From the NCBI GenBank assembly GCA_977862235.1, contig OZ374564.1, positions 1,302,001-1,366,000 on the forward strand: a DNA stretch of 64,000 bases, read 5' to 3'. The stretch comes from Dudresnaya verticillata (taxonomy: Eukaryota). The notes beneath the pieces are model-generated. The model had not been told where the DNA came from and did not search any database. It worked only from the letters and a program-made list of their open reading frames with translations. Positions 1 to 12,638 of this stretch are shown piece by piece; position 1 is the stretch's first letter, and every line of letters starts with the position of its first letter. A program made the position numbers and the translations under genes.

Positions 1-3000
1 ACAACTCAATCAAAGCACTCTTCCAAGAAAGGGGACTCTCCTTCTCCTTGCCGTTCACCACACGAGAGACACGCACCATCACCAGCACCATCAGCACAAC
101 GTAGGAGACCGAGAGGGAAACGAATCCCTTCATCAGGGCGTCCGATTCTGCTCCAAACCAGAACCCGGAAGCCAGGAAAACAGGCGCGTAAGTAGCAAGC
201 ATGTACCCGAACACCGGCATCCTTCCGAGAATATCTATCTGTCCTTGAATCCCATAGACCCATCCCACCGAGAACGTCTCCAAAATGCCCACAAGCAGCA
301 TCATGAAGTTAACCCATCAACACCCCCTGTGTTCAGGGTTCGCAAATCCGCTCCTCATCCAAAACGGCAGCATGGCGCGGATTAAATGGCAGCGGTGAAC
401 AGCCCTTCAACACCACGGCCAGAGAGAGGCAATGAAGAGAAATAAGTCACAAAAATTCTGCAATAGACACCTTTACGCCGGCCACCTATGCGTGAACGAC
501 CCCAGAAACCATCCAAGAATAACATCCCGGACGCCTTACCAGTCTCTTCGGCCCCAGTGTCTCTTGAACCCACGACTATACCCATGGAAGCGAGAGATCC
601 TCGTGTAGGCGTGACAGACAGAGGCGATGCAGATCTAAAACAAAACTCTGCTAGGGCTGTCGGATCTATTTCTTCTCGAGGAAGAGGAGCAAGCGACGAA
701 GAGAACTGTATCACGCCCCAGACATGCCCTGCACACAATGTCAGACGTACGCCTGAAAGCATTTCGGGTTTTAGTAGTGGCGCACCAGAACCCGACCCTG
801 ATGCTACCCCAGCGTTGACCGCGAGTACTAACACAAAAGGTAACGTGGAACGAACGCCAGGTGCTGATGGCTTGGAAATAGAGCACGGTGAGGAGCAATC
901 AGATGCTGCGACGTTGGATCTGGTGAGAGACGCAGAGGTGGAAGGTGGAAGTGATGGAATATTAGAGGACGAAGATACTGGAAGCGACCAGGAAATTGAG
1001 GCCCTCACCAAGGACGCGGATTACGTGCCGAGTGCGACAATTTTACGAAGACGCACGGCAGCATATGGGGCTGAACGGGTCCCGCAAACACCCAGAGTTG
1101 CTGAAGATGAGACCAATGGATCCTGAAAGAGAAGGTACCGCTTCTATGCAAGACAAAGGAAGAAGTTGAGGTTTGGTGATACTGCATTGCAAAAACGTCG
1201 CAATGCTGCTCTGGAAAGGCTTGAAGAAGAAGACTGGGGCTCCAAGGAGTGCTGCATGCGGAAGCAATGCTTCAAGAGGTTATCGATTGTGTACATGAAA
1301 GCCGAGATTCGCAAACTGTTGCGTATGGACGCCTATGATCGACGCAACCATTTGCACGGGTGGTTGCAACGACTGGGATGGAGTTATTACTTCGACGGTA
1401 AGCCATTATGCTACACGTTCCTGGAGACGGCGTTTGGGTTTTCCTAGGGACCTGCAGTATTCAGTCAAACAGTTTGGTGGAAGTGGGCCTATGGAGGGTG
1501 ACAATGCAGTGCCGAATCAGCCTCCGAGTGAGGGCATGGATAAGATACTAAGTTACCTCAACCGGCTTGCTGACATAACAGCAAGCTGCATGCCCGACGC
1601 AGATGAGAAGCATCTGCCGTACTTTGATAAGGCTGCGGTCTACGAGAACTTCCTTCCGGACCAGGAGAGACTGTATCCTGGAAAAGACCCGCCTAGACTA
1701 AACTACTTCTACCACGTCTGGAAGCAGCACCGCAGTGACATAAAAGCCCGCAAAATCCAACGCTTCACAAAGTGTTCGGAGTGTGAAGAAGTTCGTGCTG
1801 GACTTGCCAGGGCCGGCACAAACCGCAGACTTGCGGAGCCGTTCCTGCTCCGTAGAAAGGAACACTACAAGCTGGTTACAAAGGAGAGGGTGTACCATAG
1901 GGAGAATACGGAAAAAGCTACTTTGTATCCCTCCGAGTACTGTTCACTGATAATTGATGCCGCGGACCAGAAAGCGTTCGGAGTACCAACGTTCGTGGTC
2001 AGCACGAAGGCTACGCGTGGACATGCCATAGCAACCAAAGTTGTGGGCGCATTGGAACACGGTTCATTGAAGCACCTATCTCTGTTCGTCATGACAGGAG
2101 AGTTTGAGACCGGCGCAAATCACATGATCGAAACAGTCCATCGCCTTCTCACAGACAAGCATAACCATAGAACTCTGCAGCCTACGCTGTTACTGCAGCT
2201 AGACAACTGCACCCGGGAGAACAAAAATAAGTACATGCCTTCTTATCTGAAGTGCTTAGTCGCGTGGGGTGTCCTGCATGAAGTACAGGTTTCCTTTCTC
2301 CCAATCGGCCACACCCATTCCGACATCGACCAGGCTTTCAGTTGCACAAGCAAGAGTGTCCGATCAAAAGACATGCCGACCATGTCTTGCCTTCTCCGCG
2401 AACTAAGCATGTCATACACGCCTCGTCCATCGGTGGCAAAGTTGCTGCAGGTAGCCAACTTTTCCGGGCTGTGTGACAAGTATGCGTGTATTGGCAAGAC
2501 TGAAGCATTCTCACACTACAGATTCTTTCGTATTACTCGCCAACGTGGTAAGGGAATGGGCAGAAAAGCGAGATTCCGCACGCGATGCCTCGTCAGGATT
2601 CAGTGTGGAGATGAGTGGAAACCACTTGTAACAGAAGCACGTGGCAACTCTCTCAAACAGGAAGGATTCATGCTATTCACCCCTGACCTCGTTAAGACGC
2701 CAGAGACCATAGCGCGATGCCCACCTGATATGAAGGAGGTCAATGATCGCATACGTTGCACCGAAGTCCAAGCTCTCAAGGCGTCGCAGATCGCCGAGCT
2801 GGAAAATCTTAGGGATCACGTCTATAGAGATCGAAACGACCCTTTTCACTTGGACTTGGGTCACGCCCCGGAGACGAATGGGAAGCTGCGAAGGGACAGT
2901 AGACAGCATAGAGACCCCAAAATGCTTCCGGAGATACCAGAAGTGGAGCAACTACCCGCACAGGACCTAACCTACAGTCACAAAAGAATGGTGGCCGTCA

Positions 3001-4909
3001 ATTATGTTCAGGCAACCGAGTACTGTCCTTTTTACGTGGCAAAAGTGATAGAAGTTGTGAAACGGGACGATGGAAAGGTTTTGAAATTGTTGTTGCCGTG
3101 GTATGAAGCCAAGCACACCGGTAATGTTTTCAGTGCAGCTTACAAACCTTCGTTCTACAAAACCAGGCGTGGGGTCGCAAAGGAATGGGAAGAAGACGTC
3201 ACCGTTGACTGCGTACTTGTGGAGTTTGAGTCGCTCACTCGAAATAGCCGCCTGCCGGTTGCAGTACAGAATAAGGTGCGGGAATGCCTTCACAAGCAGT
3301 AGCATCCACAACATTTCACGCCCGCAGCCAGATTGATAGCAATGAATAGATATAGTAGAATGGGGTTGAGTAAATGTACTGAGACTGATGAACTCTTTGA
3401 TGAACGCCCTAAGTGCGTCATAAGTAAGTGCGACAAGCGGGAAGTCTTCCCGCTTGTCTTCAGTCGCGATTCTATCCGCGACGGGACGGACTGCCAATGT
3501 GGCAATCAACGAAATGATCACTGCCACCCCATCTTCGTCTAATTCCCAAGCGCCTCACTAAGCCCATTACCATCACAGAGTTGAGATTTCATCTACCAGC
3601 GTGCCGTAAGCACTAACAATAATTGAATCCTTTATCGCAACTCCGTCTGCGAGTAGCACCTGGTCGACTGACCCTTCTCAATCTGTCTCTACGATGGCTA
3701 GCGCGCATAAAAGCTCTGTGCAGGTGGCAAGCTCTCCAAGTCCGGGAGTGAGAGCCTCGGTAATGCCGCAGCAAAAGCTCAACTCAACTCGAGTCGGAGT
3801 TTCCCGACGCCTCGAAATCTACATCGGCGAGTGAGCCACCGAGCGCATCGCCGAGCATATCGCCACTGGGCAGTGTGTTAGCGTTGACTTCACCACCACA
3901 GTGTTTTAGAGAAATCCCGTCCCCGAATGAGACCTGCTTGGGTACACCGTCCATTTCAGCCGTTTCAGTGAGTGTATCTCAAAGCCCGGTACAATCCACC
4001 ACTTTTCCGAGAGTGTTAGCGTCAGCTTTTATTGTAAACCCAAGCACGACCCAGTCGATCTCTGCATTCCCAACAATCTCGATAGTTGGTTCACAAAGAG
4101 TGACACCAAGTGGATCATCAAGCGTGTCCAATAGTGCAGTTAGTCCGGTTCAGCCGACAGCATCCTCCTTGGCGTTGACAAGCACGACGGCACCGCCACC
4201 AAGCGACGCCATTTCTGCCGAGCCGACGGCGTCTGAGAAGGAGCGGGGCATGTCAACGATCGTAGAATTCACGCACTTTGATGCGCGATGATGTGCAGTA
4301 GAGTTTGTGCGCCAGGTGCGCGGCGGGGTGGGGATGTTGGCAGCGGCGGGACGTGGTGAACTTCAGGCGCAGGTGAAATTTGATAGGGTTTGCGGGGAGG
4401 AGGTGCTGTGCGAGGTGCGCCGCACTGGTCTAGGACCCGGGGTGGAATTGTGGGCATGGGAAGGGGTGGTACTGGTACCAGCACCCAGAGTGGAATGATG
4501 GCCGCGCACGACTGGCTTACCCCAGATTTACCCTGGCGGCCAAGCAGTACTAGTCGTGCGGGGCGACACTGCGCCCTTGAACACAGCTCAGGGCGGGCCG
4601 GGGATGCGGCGGGCGGGGCCAAGCGTGCTCAAGCACGAGCGTCGGTGCGCTGCCAGGCGCGCCCGGGAGGGCAGCAGGCGGCAGTGCAAATTCTGGGTAC
4701 ATTTTAATTCGGAAATTCCGAAAGTTTCGGGGACATTTTCCCGTATATGCGGCATGCTGTAACTCCGCAACCGTGTATGCTATCCCAAAACGGATTTATC
4801 CATTCTTCTCAGCTCCCTCTCCCCAGTCTAACGCGATATATAAATCTTCATTCCATTAACATTTTTCAGACTGATTCACACAGATTCTGAAAACCGGGAA
4901 ATCTGTGTT
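1..4909 (+). mobile_element. Right part of a large DNA transposon with a DUF7869-like transposase; left end outside the window
   Basis: Contains transposase 488-3302. The end at 4690-4909 (TAACT..CGGATTT..CTCAGC..CTCCCC..ATTCTGAAA..AAATCTGTGTT) parallels the end at 62350-62564 (TAACT..CGGATTT..CTCAGC..CTCCCC..ATTCTGAAA..AAATGCGTGTT). DIRS-like sequence starts right after it. Confidence 0.65.
488..3302 (+). pseudogene. Putative DDE/D-type transposase (DUF7869-like), disrupted
   Basis: ORFs 488-1126 and 1166-1447 are in frame (stop at 1124); a frameshift near 1440 leads into 1335-3302. Motifs CCxxxCF, FTKCSECE, SLIIDAADQ, LQLDNCTRENKN, FLPIGHTHSDIDQ. Collinear homolog at 48399-50565. Confidence 0.8.
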
Positions 4910-6015
4910 TTGGGTTGCGGAGCTGAATTCTTCGAGGCGTCTAATCCGACACGGGAACGGGGAGCTTTACCGGCAGCACCCTTAAGGATGCCTTCTGGGT
5001 TCTCCATCCGGAACAGATTTCACCTCCCTCACTGCGCAGGCTGCACGCAGCGGGGGTAGTGTCACTCACTTTTGGTTCGGTAACTGGAGGGTCATTGTGC
5101 TCTTCTTTCTGCATGATACCTCAACGGAACACAAGGATTGGTCTTGCTTGTCCATTTAATATTCCATAACGGGTTTCCCGTACAGCCGAATTTCTACCGT
5201 AGCAGATTTCGACGGCTTTTCCTTCCAACCGTGACAGTGTTCTAGGTCGGGAGACCAAGAGATGTGGTGTAGTGAAAACCCACGAACTCCGTAACGGAAA
5301 ACTGGCATTGCCTTCCTTCACGGGACGAGAGCAATACCACTGCGGTGAAGTCGCCGTTGTGGAGCGTCGACGACGGTTGAGTAGACTCGCGACCGGCGCA
5401 CCGGTGAGCTCGCGCCAGAAGCCAAAGCGGAGTGCAGCGGCATGGTAGCACTATATGCCTTGCTGGAACCTGCGGCGCCCACCAATCGGAACCAAGTAGT
5501 TGATTTATTTTTGATTAGGTAACTGTAATGAATCTGTACAGTAAGTAGTGTAATGCAGGCCAATAACAATGCCGAGCATGTCCGCAACGATGACTGGGAC
5601 CAGCAGGGCCAGATCCAACCAGTGGACCAGACCCATCCGGGTCTGGCCCACACGGACCGGACCGCGGGGCCTACCTTACACTATATAATGTGAGGCCACC
5701 GCGGACCCTTCAGTAAATGGGCAAGCAACCCTGGGCAAGGTCCTTTACCCTAATCTTTACCCTCGTACTTCTTCACAGTTTCCCCGCGCTAGTCCAGTCC
5801 ACGGATACCTCTATCTCCGTCTCGGTGTAGCTGCCCCGGAACTGTACCGTCCCCCATGTCCGTTGCTGCCCTTTACTCCTTACAGGTGTTGCCGCCCCTG
5901 GTACTCCCTTCAGTCTACGAACTAAGCTCTACCACACCAGTTTGGTGCGAACATTCCGTATTGGCATTGCCTGATCAGCTCTCCTTACAGGTGTGCCTCT
6001 CATTACACCACAACT
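4910..6015 (+). mobile_element. DIRS-like remnant (degenerate recombinase end plus terminal repeat)
   Basis: ~5340-6010 is a diverged direct repeat of ~9860-10535, which follows a recognisable tyrosine recombinase. RGALPAA near 4960 resembles RAAIPAA in that recombinase. Confidence 0.55.
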
Positions 6016-6019
6016 ACCT

Positions 6020-6540
6020 CCACGGGGTTGTAGAGCAGTTCGCACCGTTACGGGAGAACAGAGAGCGGGTAACCGAGACGGATATTGGGAAGCCAGAGAC
6101 AAGGGGGTGGTGCAAGTGCCGGGACGGACTCCGTAACGGTGATGGTGGTATACCGCAACGGGCTCGGTATGGGGAAAACCGTAGAGGAAAGAGCTGCAAT
6201 AGACTTGAGGCTCAAGGGTTGCTTGCCTGTTTACCCTTGGCGCCGCTGCGGTGCGGCCCTGATATACAAGTCAAGGTGGCACCGAGCGGTCTGGTCTGTG
6301 TGGGCCAGACCCTAGTGGTCCTGACCCATGGTGAAATCGGCCCTGCTGGTCCCAATCTCCGATACGGACATACGCAGCATTCTCATTGGCTGGCGAACTA
6401 CTCTAAAAAGTATACAGATACTCACTAAAATTGAATAATAAACACCACGAATACTCCGCTACGGTTGATGCACTCCGTTTACAGTACAGCAATGCTTGCC
6501 AGCGAACAGCAATGCACACAACACCGACACGGTTACATGT
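6020..6540 (-). repeat. Inverted, diverged copy of the DIRS terminal repeat
   Basis: Shares GTGTGGGCCAGA, GGCCCT(G/A)CTGGTCCC and GCATTCTCATTGGC with the reverse complement of 10040-10200; the first two motifs also occur in 5560-5660. Confidence 0.6.
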
Positions 6541-7102
6541 TGCCAAATCATCAGCGTGGCGCGTTTCCACATCATCCGTTACGGTTGAAGCACCGTCGGC
6601 ACAACGGATGCTCCCCACGGTTCACTTCATCACATCCTACACCAAGTTCTCGTCGAGATGAAAGTGTCTTTCCGCGCAAAGTGGCTGCCCTCGGCTCTCA
6701 ACAAGCACGCAGACAGCTTGAGCCGAAAATGGAACCCAAGGGACCTCGCAGCGACGCCATAATTGCTGCAGTCCATCGTCAATTCGCTCCAGCTACAAGT
6801 TGTGCGGTGTTTCTGGCCACTATGCGAGGCACCGACCGCTCGTCGCAAGGTCATGCTCGTGCGGTTCGCTGAATACTGGGGCAACGGGAATAGTCGCTTG
6901 TGGAACCCCCTCCTCCTTGGATCTCGGCAACGCTTCTCATAATCAGGGAAGAAGGAGCTCACAGCGTGATGGTGGTGTCCAACTGGACTGGAGCTCCTTG
7001 GTTCGCATTGCTGCGTTAGCTCATACTCAGCAGTCGCGTAATAGGCCCCGAGCCAGGCCATCAACCGTTCACTTCCGCGAGGGCCAACCGCACTTGGGGC
7101 GT

Positions 7103-8832
7103 TGTGGTATAAAGAATGTCCACGGAGACGCGGGGAAGTCACGCAATGTAAGTAATGGCCTCGGAGCCGAACGTGTGGCCTGGTAGCATAAGGGGAAACC
7201 GAGAGAGGAAAAGGGGTGGTAGCGTGGTAGAGCGGAGCGATCAACACGAATGACCACGGTGTCAACGTATTCGTGCGCGGAAGGGAGAACTTGAGCGATC
7301 GATCACCGGGGATGACTCCGGGTGTGCGGGGCTATCGAAGATGAGGTTCGACCGTATCCGCGGTCACGAAGACGAAGACACCGAACTCGAAGAAACAGGC
7401 GCTTTACCGAAGACTACGAGGTCCGGGCGCTAGTCGCTTGTCGGAAACCCTTGGAGGTCGTGCCAGACGACTGGCTAAGTACTACTACGTGCGTACGAAT
7501 GCACGTCAACGCGGGAGACGGTTCGTACTCGAATGATTCGTACCGGCCTCGGTGACAACGAACGGTCGTCTCACGTAGGGTGGCGGTTACCAAGTGTGTC
7601 AGCGATCTATACGGAGGTACACGCGCGTCGTGGACCTCGGTGCCGTTACGCACAGGAAACAACGGGAAGACCACGAAGGTGTCAGCGATTTCGGATCAGG
7701 TGCGCACTGTAATGCGAATTGCCATCGTGCACGTGCGATCACGAAGTCAGTGCGGAATTCGTCCGGAAGTGTCAGCGATTTCGTATCGCGTGCGCACTGT
7801 AATGCGAACGCCATCGTGGCGCGCGCGCATTATGCGCACTGTAATACTTTTGCCATCGCGGCGTGCGCATTTGTGGTGCAAGGGGGGTGAGCCCCTTTTT
7901 CGCTGAAATACGTCGACCGACGGAGAAACCGCCACCGGCGCTCATCACCGCCGTTGGCGCACGAACACGTCATCGACGGCTCACTGGGGCGCACGCACAC
8001 GTTGCACGCCGCGCGTCATGTGGGCACTGTACGGTGATGGGCCGATATGGCACCCGGGGGTACTGTAACACGGATCTAGATGGGATCCGGATCCGGTATC
8101 CAGATTGGCTATCTGGATCGCCTACGCTGTAATGTACACGCCTGTAAGGCTGCGAGTGTTCGCATTGCTGGCCCGGATCCGGATTGGGATCAGGATCGGA
8201 CAAGTATTGGATTTGATCAAGGGCGCACGCTCTACAGTACGCGCGCGCGCACGGCTGTAAGGCGCACGCGTCCACGTGTGTGTGTAGCGCCCACGAAGGG
8301 GGTTGTGCGGCAACCTGTCAGGCGCGCGGCTGCATACGATGGGTGATCTGTCAGACGCGTCTCGGGACGACACGTGTCCCGAGTTCCCGCGCTGCGCACC
8401 CGCGCCGTCGCCGCCACACCGTCGTGCTATAATTAGGCAAGCCGTCCCAGACGTAGCAGTAAACGCCCGGGCAAGCCGGCCTTGGTCCGGACTTCCCGTT
8501 TCGCGCGCGCGTACCCTTCGCTACCGCTGCCCACGGCCTAAGCGTCTACCTCCCGTGCTTCCACGTCCATTACCGTCGCAGAGGTTTCTTCTTTTAGGTT
8601 TCCTTTGTTCCCCTTTCTTCCGCCTTGGGAGTTTAGAGTCCGCCCCTGGCGTGTCCTAAGCTCTGCCACCTACCGTCTCTAGACGTGCTACCCACCGGGC
8701 TCCCGAACGGTCCGGAGGTGCCCGTCAACGACGTTTGCACCACAGCAGTCACGGAGTCACTTCGAATTTCGTATTTCTCGAATATTTTCAGGTTGATCAC
8801 AGACTCGTTTTGCGCAAAGCGTCAATACCACA
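7103..8832. mobile_element. Solo LTR (outer, ~850 bp net of the nested insertion)
   Basis: Termini TGTGGTAT...ATACCACA; flanks GGCGT/GGCCT (4/5 TSD); internal ~90-bp degenerate repeats (GTGTCAGCGATTTCG..GTGCGCACTGTAATGCGAA) at 7680-7850. Confidence 0.7.
7872..8744 (+). mobile_element. Solo LTR (inner, 873 bp)
   Basis: Termini TGTGGTGCAA...TTGCACCACA; flanks GCATT/GCAGT (4/5 TSD); TATA-like CTATAATT near 8427 followed by a pyrimidine tract. Confidence 0.75.
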
Positions 8833-8955
8833 GGCCTGTTGTCGGCAGAGGTAGGAAGACGGCCGTACAAGCTCCGTAACGACGAATCCCCCTTTTGTGC
8901 CTTCATCTGCCGCGGGGCGGGTAACTAGCCATCTAGCACGACCTTGTAATGCCCG

Positions 8956-9860
8956 ATGAACGGATCGAACAAAGACGCGTCAGTAAAAACGTTTAAGAGT
9001 TTCAGTGATCGCAATGGACATGAATCTCTACCGGCTGAAGTGCGAAACATCCTCTGCTATGTTGGATTCCTTTTCGAGGAAAACTGCATCCACGGGAGAT
9101 CTGTGGATCACTATTTGTCTTACATGCGCACCAGATATTCCAGAGAAGGCCTTGGGAACCCTCTAGAAGGTAATCCTCATCTGAACCGCCTTAGTGCTTT
9201 CCGTCATCAAGATGGCCAACGAAGCAGCCTTCAAGACGTTCGAGCTGCTATACCAGCTGCAGTGGTCTTCCGGACCCCCGGTTTGGTCTCCAAGCACCCT
9301 TGGGATCCCTCACGGAGTATAACGCGGCTCTTGTGGGATTTGAGTATCTAATGACATGGAGGGAAAATACTGCTGGCACAGTTCAAGTCCAGGATGTTGA
9401 TGTAGTTACCATAGCGCCGTCAACATTTTCAGAACATAACGCTGACAGAGACTAAATTACTCTCATAGCAAGAACTCGATATCTGAAAGGACGACTACTT
9501 CGCGCTATAGGGGCATGCTGTCTCACATGCAGCCGCAGCCAAACATCCATCACCAACAGAAACCCACTGGCCCTCCAACTCCCCTTCTTTCAAAGAAAGC
9601 CGTCGTCTCTCAAAGGGTAATGATCTATATTGGGCCAGACCGGGTCTGCTTCTGCGCCCTCAGATCATCAGCGAGCGGCTTAGCGACTGTCGCACAGCTC
9701 TGCAGGTTGTGCCACCTCCTTTCAAATCCTGCACATCTCATAGTTTGCGCAGTAGTAGTGTTTCTGCACAGATACTGGCTTCTGCCCCGCTACCAGTGAT
9801 CGAGAGGCGCCGCGGTTGCAGGAATAGTCACATGGTTATCAATGTCTACTTTGACTCTCG
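8956..9860 (+). pseudogene. DIRS-type tyrosine recombinase, frameshifted
   Basis: N-terminal segment FKSF..LPAE..YVGFL..SVDHYLS..GLGNP; C-terminal catalytic-like TSHSLR...RGCRNSHMVINVYF in ORF 9709-9969. Confidence 0.75.
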
Positions 9861-11263
9861 GTGTGGTGAAGCGGCCGTTGTGGAGTGCCGACGACGGTCG
9901 AGCCGACTCGCGACCGGCGCACCGGTGAGCTGGCGCCAAAAACCGAACGAAAGTGCAGCGGCACAGTAGCACTGTACGCCTTGCTGGAGTCTGCGCGCAC
10001 CACCAGTAGGAGCCAAGTAGTTGATTTATTTGTAATTAGGTAATTGTAATGATGCTGTACAGTACGTAGTGTCAGCCGGCCAATGAGAATGCCGAGCATG
10101 TCCGCAACGGTACCGGGACCAGTAGGGCCGGACCCACCTGGTGGACCAGACCCATTGGGATCTGGCCCACACGGACCGGACCGCGGGGCGTATCTCCCAG
10201 TATATTAATGGGTGGCCACCGCGAGTCCTACAGTAAACGTGTACGCAAACCTGGGCAAAGTGACTTACCCTAAGCCTTACCCTCATACTCCTTTACGGTT
10301 TCCCCTCGCCAGCCCCGTGCAAGGATTCCTCTTACCACCGTCCCGGTGTAGCTGTCCTGGCACTGTACCGTACCCCTTGTCTGTGGCGTCCCTTTACTCC
10401 TTACAGGTGTTGCCGCTCGAGGTACTCCCTTCGGTCTACGAACTAAGCTCTACCACCCCGGTGCCGTGTGAGATCACTCCTTATTGGGATTGCCTGATCA
10501 GCTCTCCTTACAGGTGTGCCTTTCACTTCACCACACTCGGCTTCAACATTCTACGGAAATGAGACTTTACTTCTGGTCACTTCGCGGCTCCCCACCCTCT
10601 TTGCTCCCGTCCCCTTAGTAAGCATCGCTGGAGTAGAATGCTGCTCTGCATACGATTTGGATTTCAGTACGTGTACCAATCGCTTTACACACTTGAAAAG
10701 TCATGCTAAGAGTAGCGAGCATACCGAATGTCCTCAAATCAGAACTACTGGGTTGCAAGAAGACACGGGCTCCGAAACCGTATCTTCCGGACGCCTGTGT
10801 TTCTACATAGACGCCTTGCTTCGTCGGATAGTTCTGGGTTACACCTCGGTCCTGCGTGGGGGCGATAACGCTGCTACAGCAGTCCTCCCGACTTATAGGA
10901 GACCCCGGGCAAAGACGACCATCGCTTTCTGGGCAAGCTCTTTCCTTCGTTCTCCTCCTGCCGTACCCGTGCTCATTCACTTCAAGTCCCTTTCTTCGTT
11001 GGCATACATTTTTACGCGTTCAAAGGCGCTACGCCGTTATCTGCTACCCTTGCGCAGGGATTCACGCCTCCTTGGACTAGTCATTGTTTCGATGTGATTA
11101 CAGTGGGCGCGCGATAAGAGCATATTTGGGGTCGCATATTTTACCATCCACTTAGCGAATATATGCAGTAGGCGAGCGGGTCAATCAGAGGCCAGAACAT
11201 TGCCTTTGCTTCTAATTATAGAAGGAAGTTATCTTGTTCTGCGAAAGGCCCTCAGCTTCTGCC

Positions 11264-11437
11264 TGTAGACTACTCTCCAGCTTCGCACGTGCACACACCC
11301 CCGGGACTCGATCCCACGACCTCCATGGCGGACCAAGCAAAAAGAAACCACTAAGCTATTGCCGCTTCAGTGTGACTTTGCTTGGTGTAGTGCTGTGATG
11401 CTCCCTACTTAAGATCATATTTCAGTAGGTATCTACA
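11264..11437 (-). mobile_element. 174-bp TG...CA element with tRNA-like A/B boxes (copy 1)
   Basis: Reverse complement closely matches 22149-22322; termini TGTAGA...TCTACA; flanks TGCC/TGGC. Confidence 0.75.
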
Positions 11438-11722
11438 TGGCCTTTTCAACTGGCGCTGCAACGACTGCAGCCGAATGCTCACCTGCTGATGGCCAACGTC
11501 TTCCTGCTCGAGAAGGTGCCGGTGGCCTGCTTAATGGCGCAATCCGTCGCCGGCGGTTTGGGTGGGAATAATATTGCATTGCTTGACTCCATGTTGGGGT
11601 TGCCGCTTGTGCTGAACATTTCCCGGCAATATTCACTTAATGCAAATTATTTCAAATTCTTTGCATCATACAAAGGGGTTCTGGCTGGGCCAAGTATGAT
11701 AGCAAACTCTTAGGACATGCAG

Positions 11723-12130
11723 TTATCCATTATTCTGCATGTCCTCATACGCTGGCTGATATCGCAGGAACCATTCTGGTGGACTGATTTTGGATCCAGT
11801 TACCGCGCATATTCTGTTACCGGACATCCCCTTATCGCGCGCCCACTGTACTGCATTAGCGAATATTGCAATCATTTCCTTTTCGGCAATAAAGTCTGCA
11901 ATTTTTTGGATTCCAGAATGAGAGATGATTCCAACGCAGCCGTAGACGTCCATTACGAAGGGATGAAAGGTGAAGTCATGAGCACGACAAATGACGGCCT
12001 TTAGCAAGCTGGTGAGCAGCAAGGGCCTGACCAGAAACAAAGCCAGACGAGTGTGAATGAGAATGAGGATTGTGATGGAAACGTCGAACGCTTGTGGACA
12101 GGAAGCAAAAGTAGGATCATCAATAGACAC
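11723..12130 (-). pseudogene. Restriction-like endonuclease (RLE) end of a CRE-like non-LTR retrotransposon
   Basis: AFDVSI..H....C....FTFHPFVMDVYGCVG pattern, homologous to ORF 21595-22095. Confidence 0.6.
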
Positions 12131-12638
12131 ATCGAGACGGTAGGGTCACGATGCGGATGCGTTGGGTTGGGAAACGGCGCATTAACACGAACATCGAGCC
12201 CATGGGAGCGACAGATAGGACGAATAAACTTGACAAGCTTATCTCAAGGCATGTTATGGTGGTGAGTAGCATCCTCTTGAGTTTTACTTACGGTGGCATG
12301 GTCTCATGATGGGTGATGTTCGCAAATTGGTTTGGTGCGTTCTAGGGCTCGCTTCCAAACAGCTTGGTCTATTGTCCGTAGATAGTCGGTGGACAGCTTA
12401 AAGCCCTCCGCAACTGTGTAGCAATATTCCGGATGCAGCCCAATCCGGTTTAATTCCATAAGGTAATGTGGTTTTCTCCCTACTTCGTTCCTTCATTTAC
12501 TGAAGAATGAAATCACAGTCTGAAACAGAATATTCAGGATCGCCAAGACATAGTCCGGCATCAATCATGCACTCAATCCAACCTCTTCAGCCTCATTTCT
12601 AAAAGTAGCACGAGAACCTTCATTCGTCTACGTTGGTT

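Larger units (their letters stand above)
6560..10535 (+). mobile_element. Degenerate DIRS-type retrotransposon (Dam-like MT domain, tyrosine recombinase, terminal repeat), interrupted by nested solo LTRs
   Basis: ~6870-7020 translates across a frameshift as EYWGNGNSRLWNP..IIREEGAHSVMVVSNWTGAPWFALL, like the DIRS MT domain; recombinase at 8956-9860. Confidence 0.65.

Noticed and set aside
7680..7860. CRISPR-like array
   Set aside because: Only 2-3 degenerate repeats, inside an LTR, in a eukaryotic context with no cas genes.
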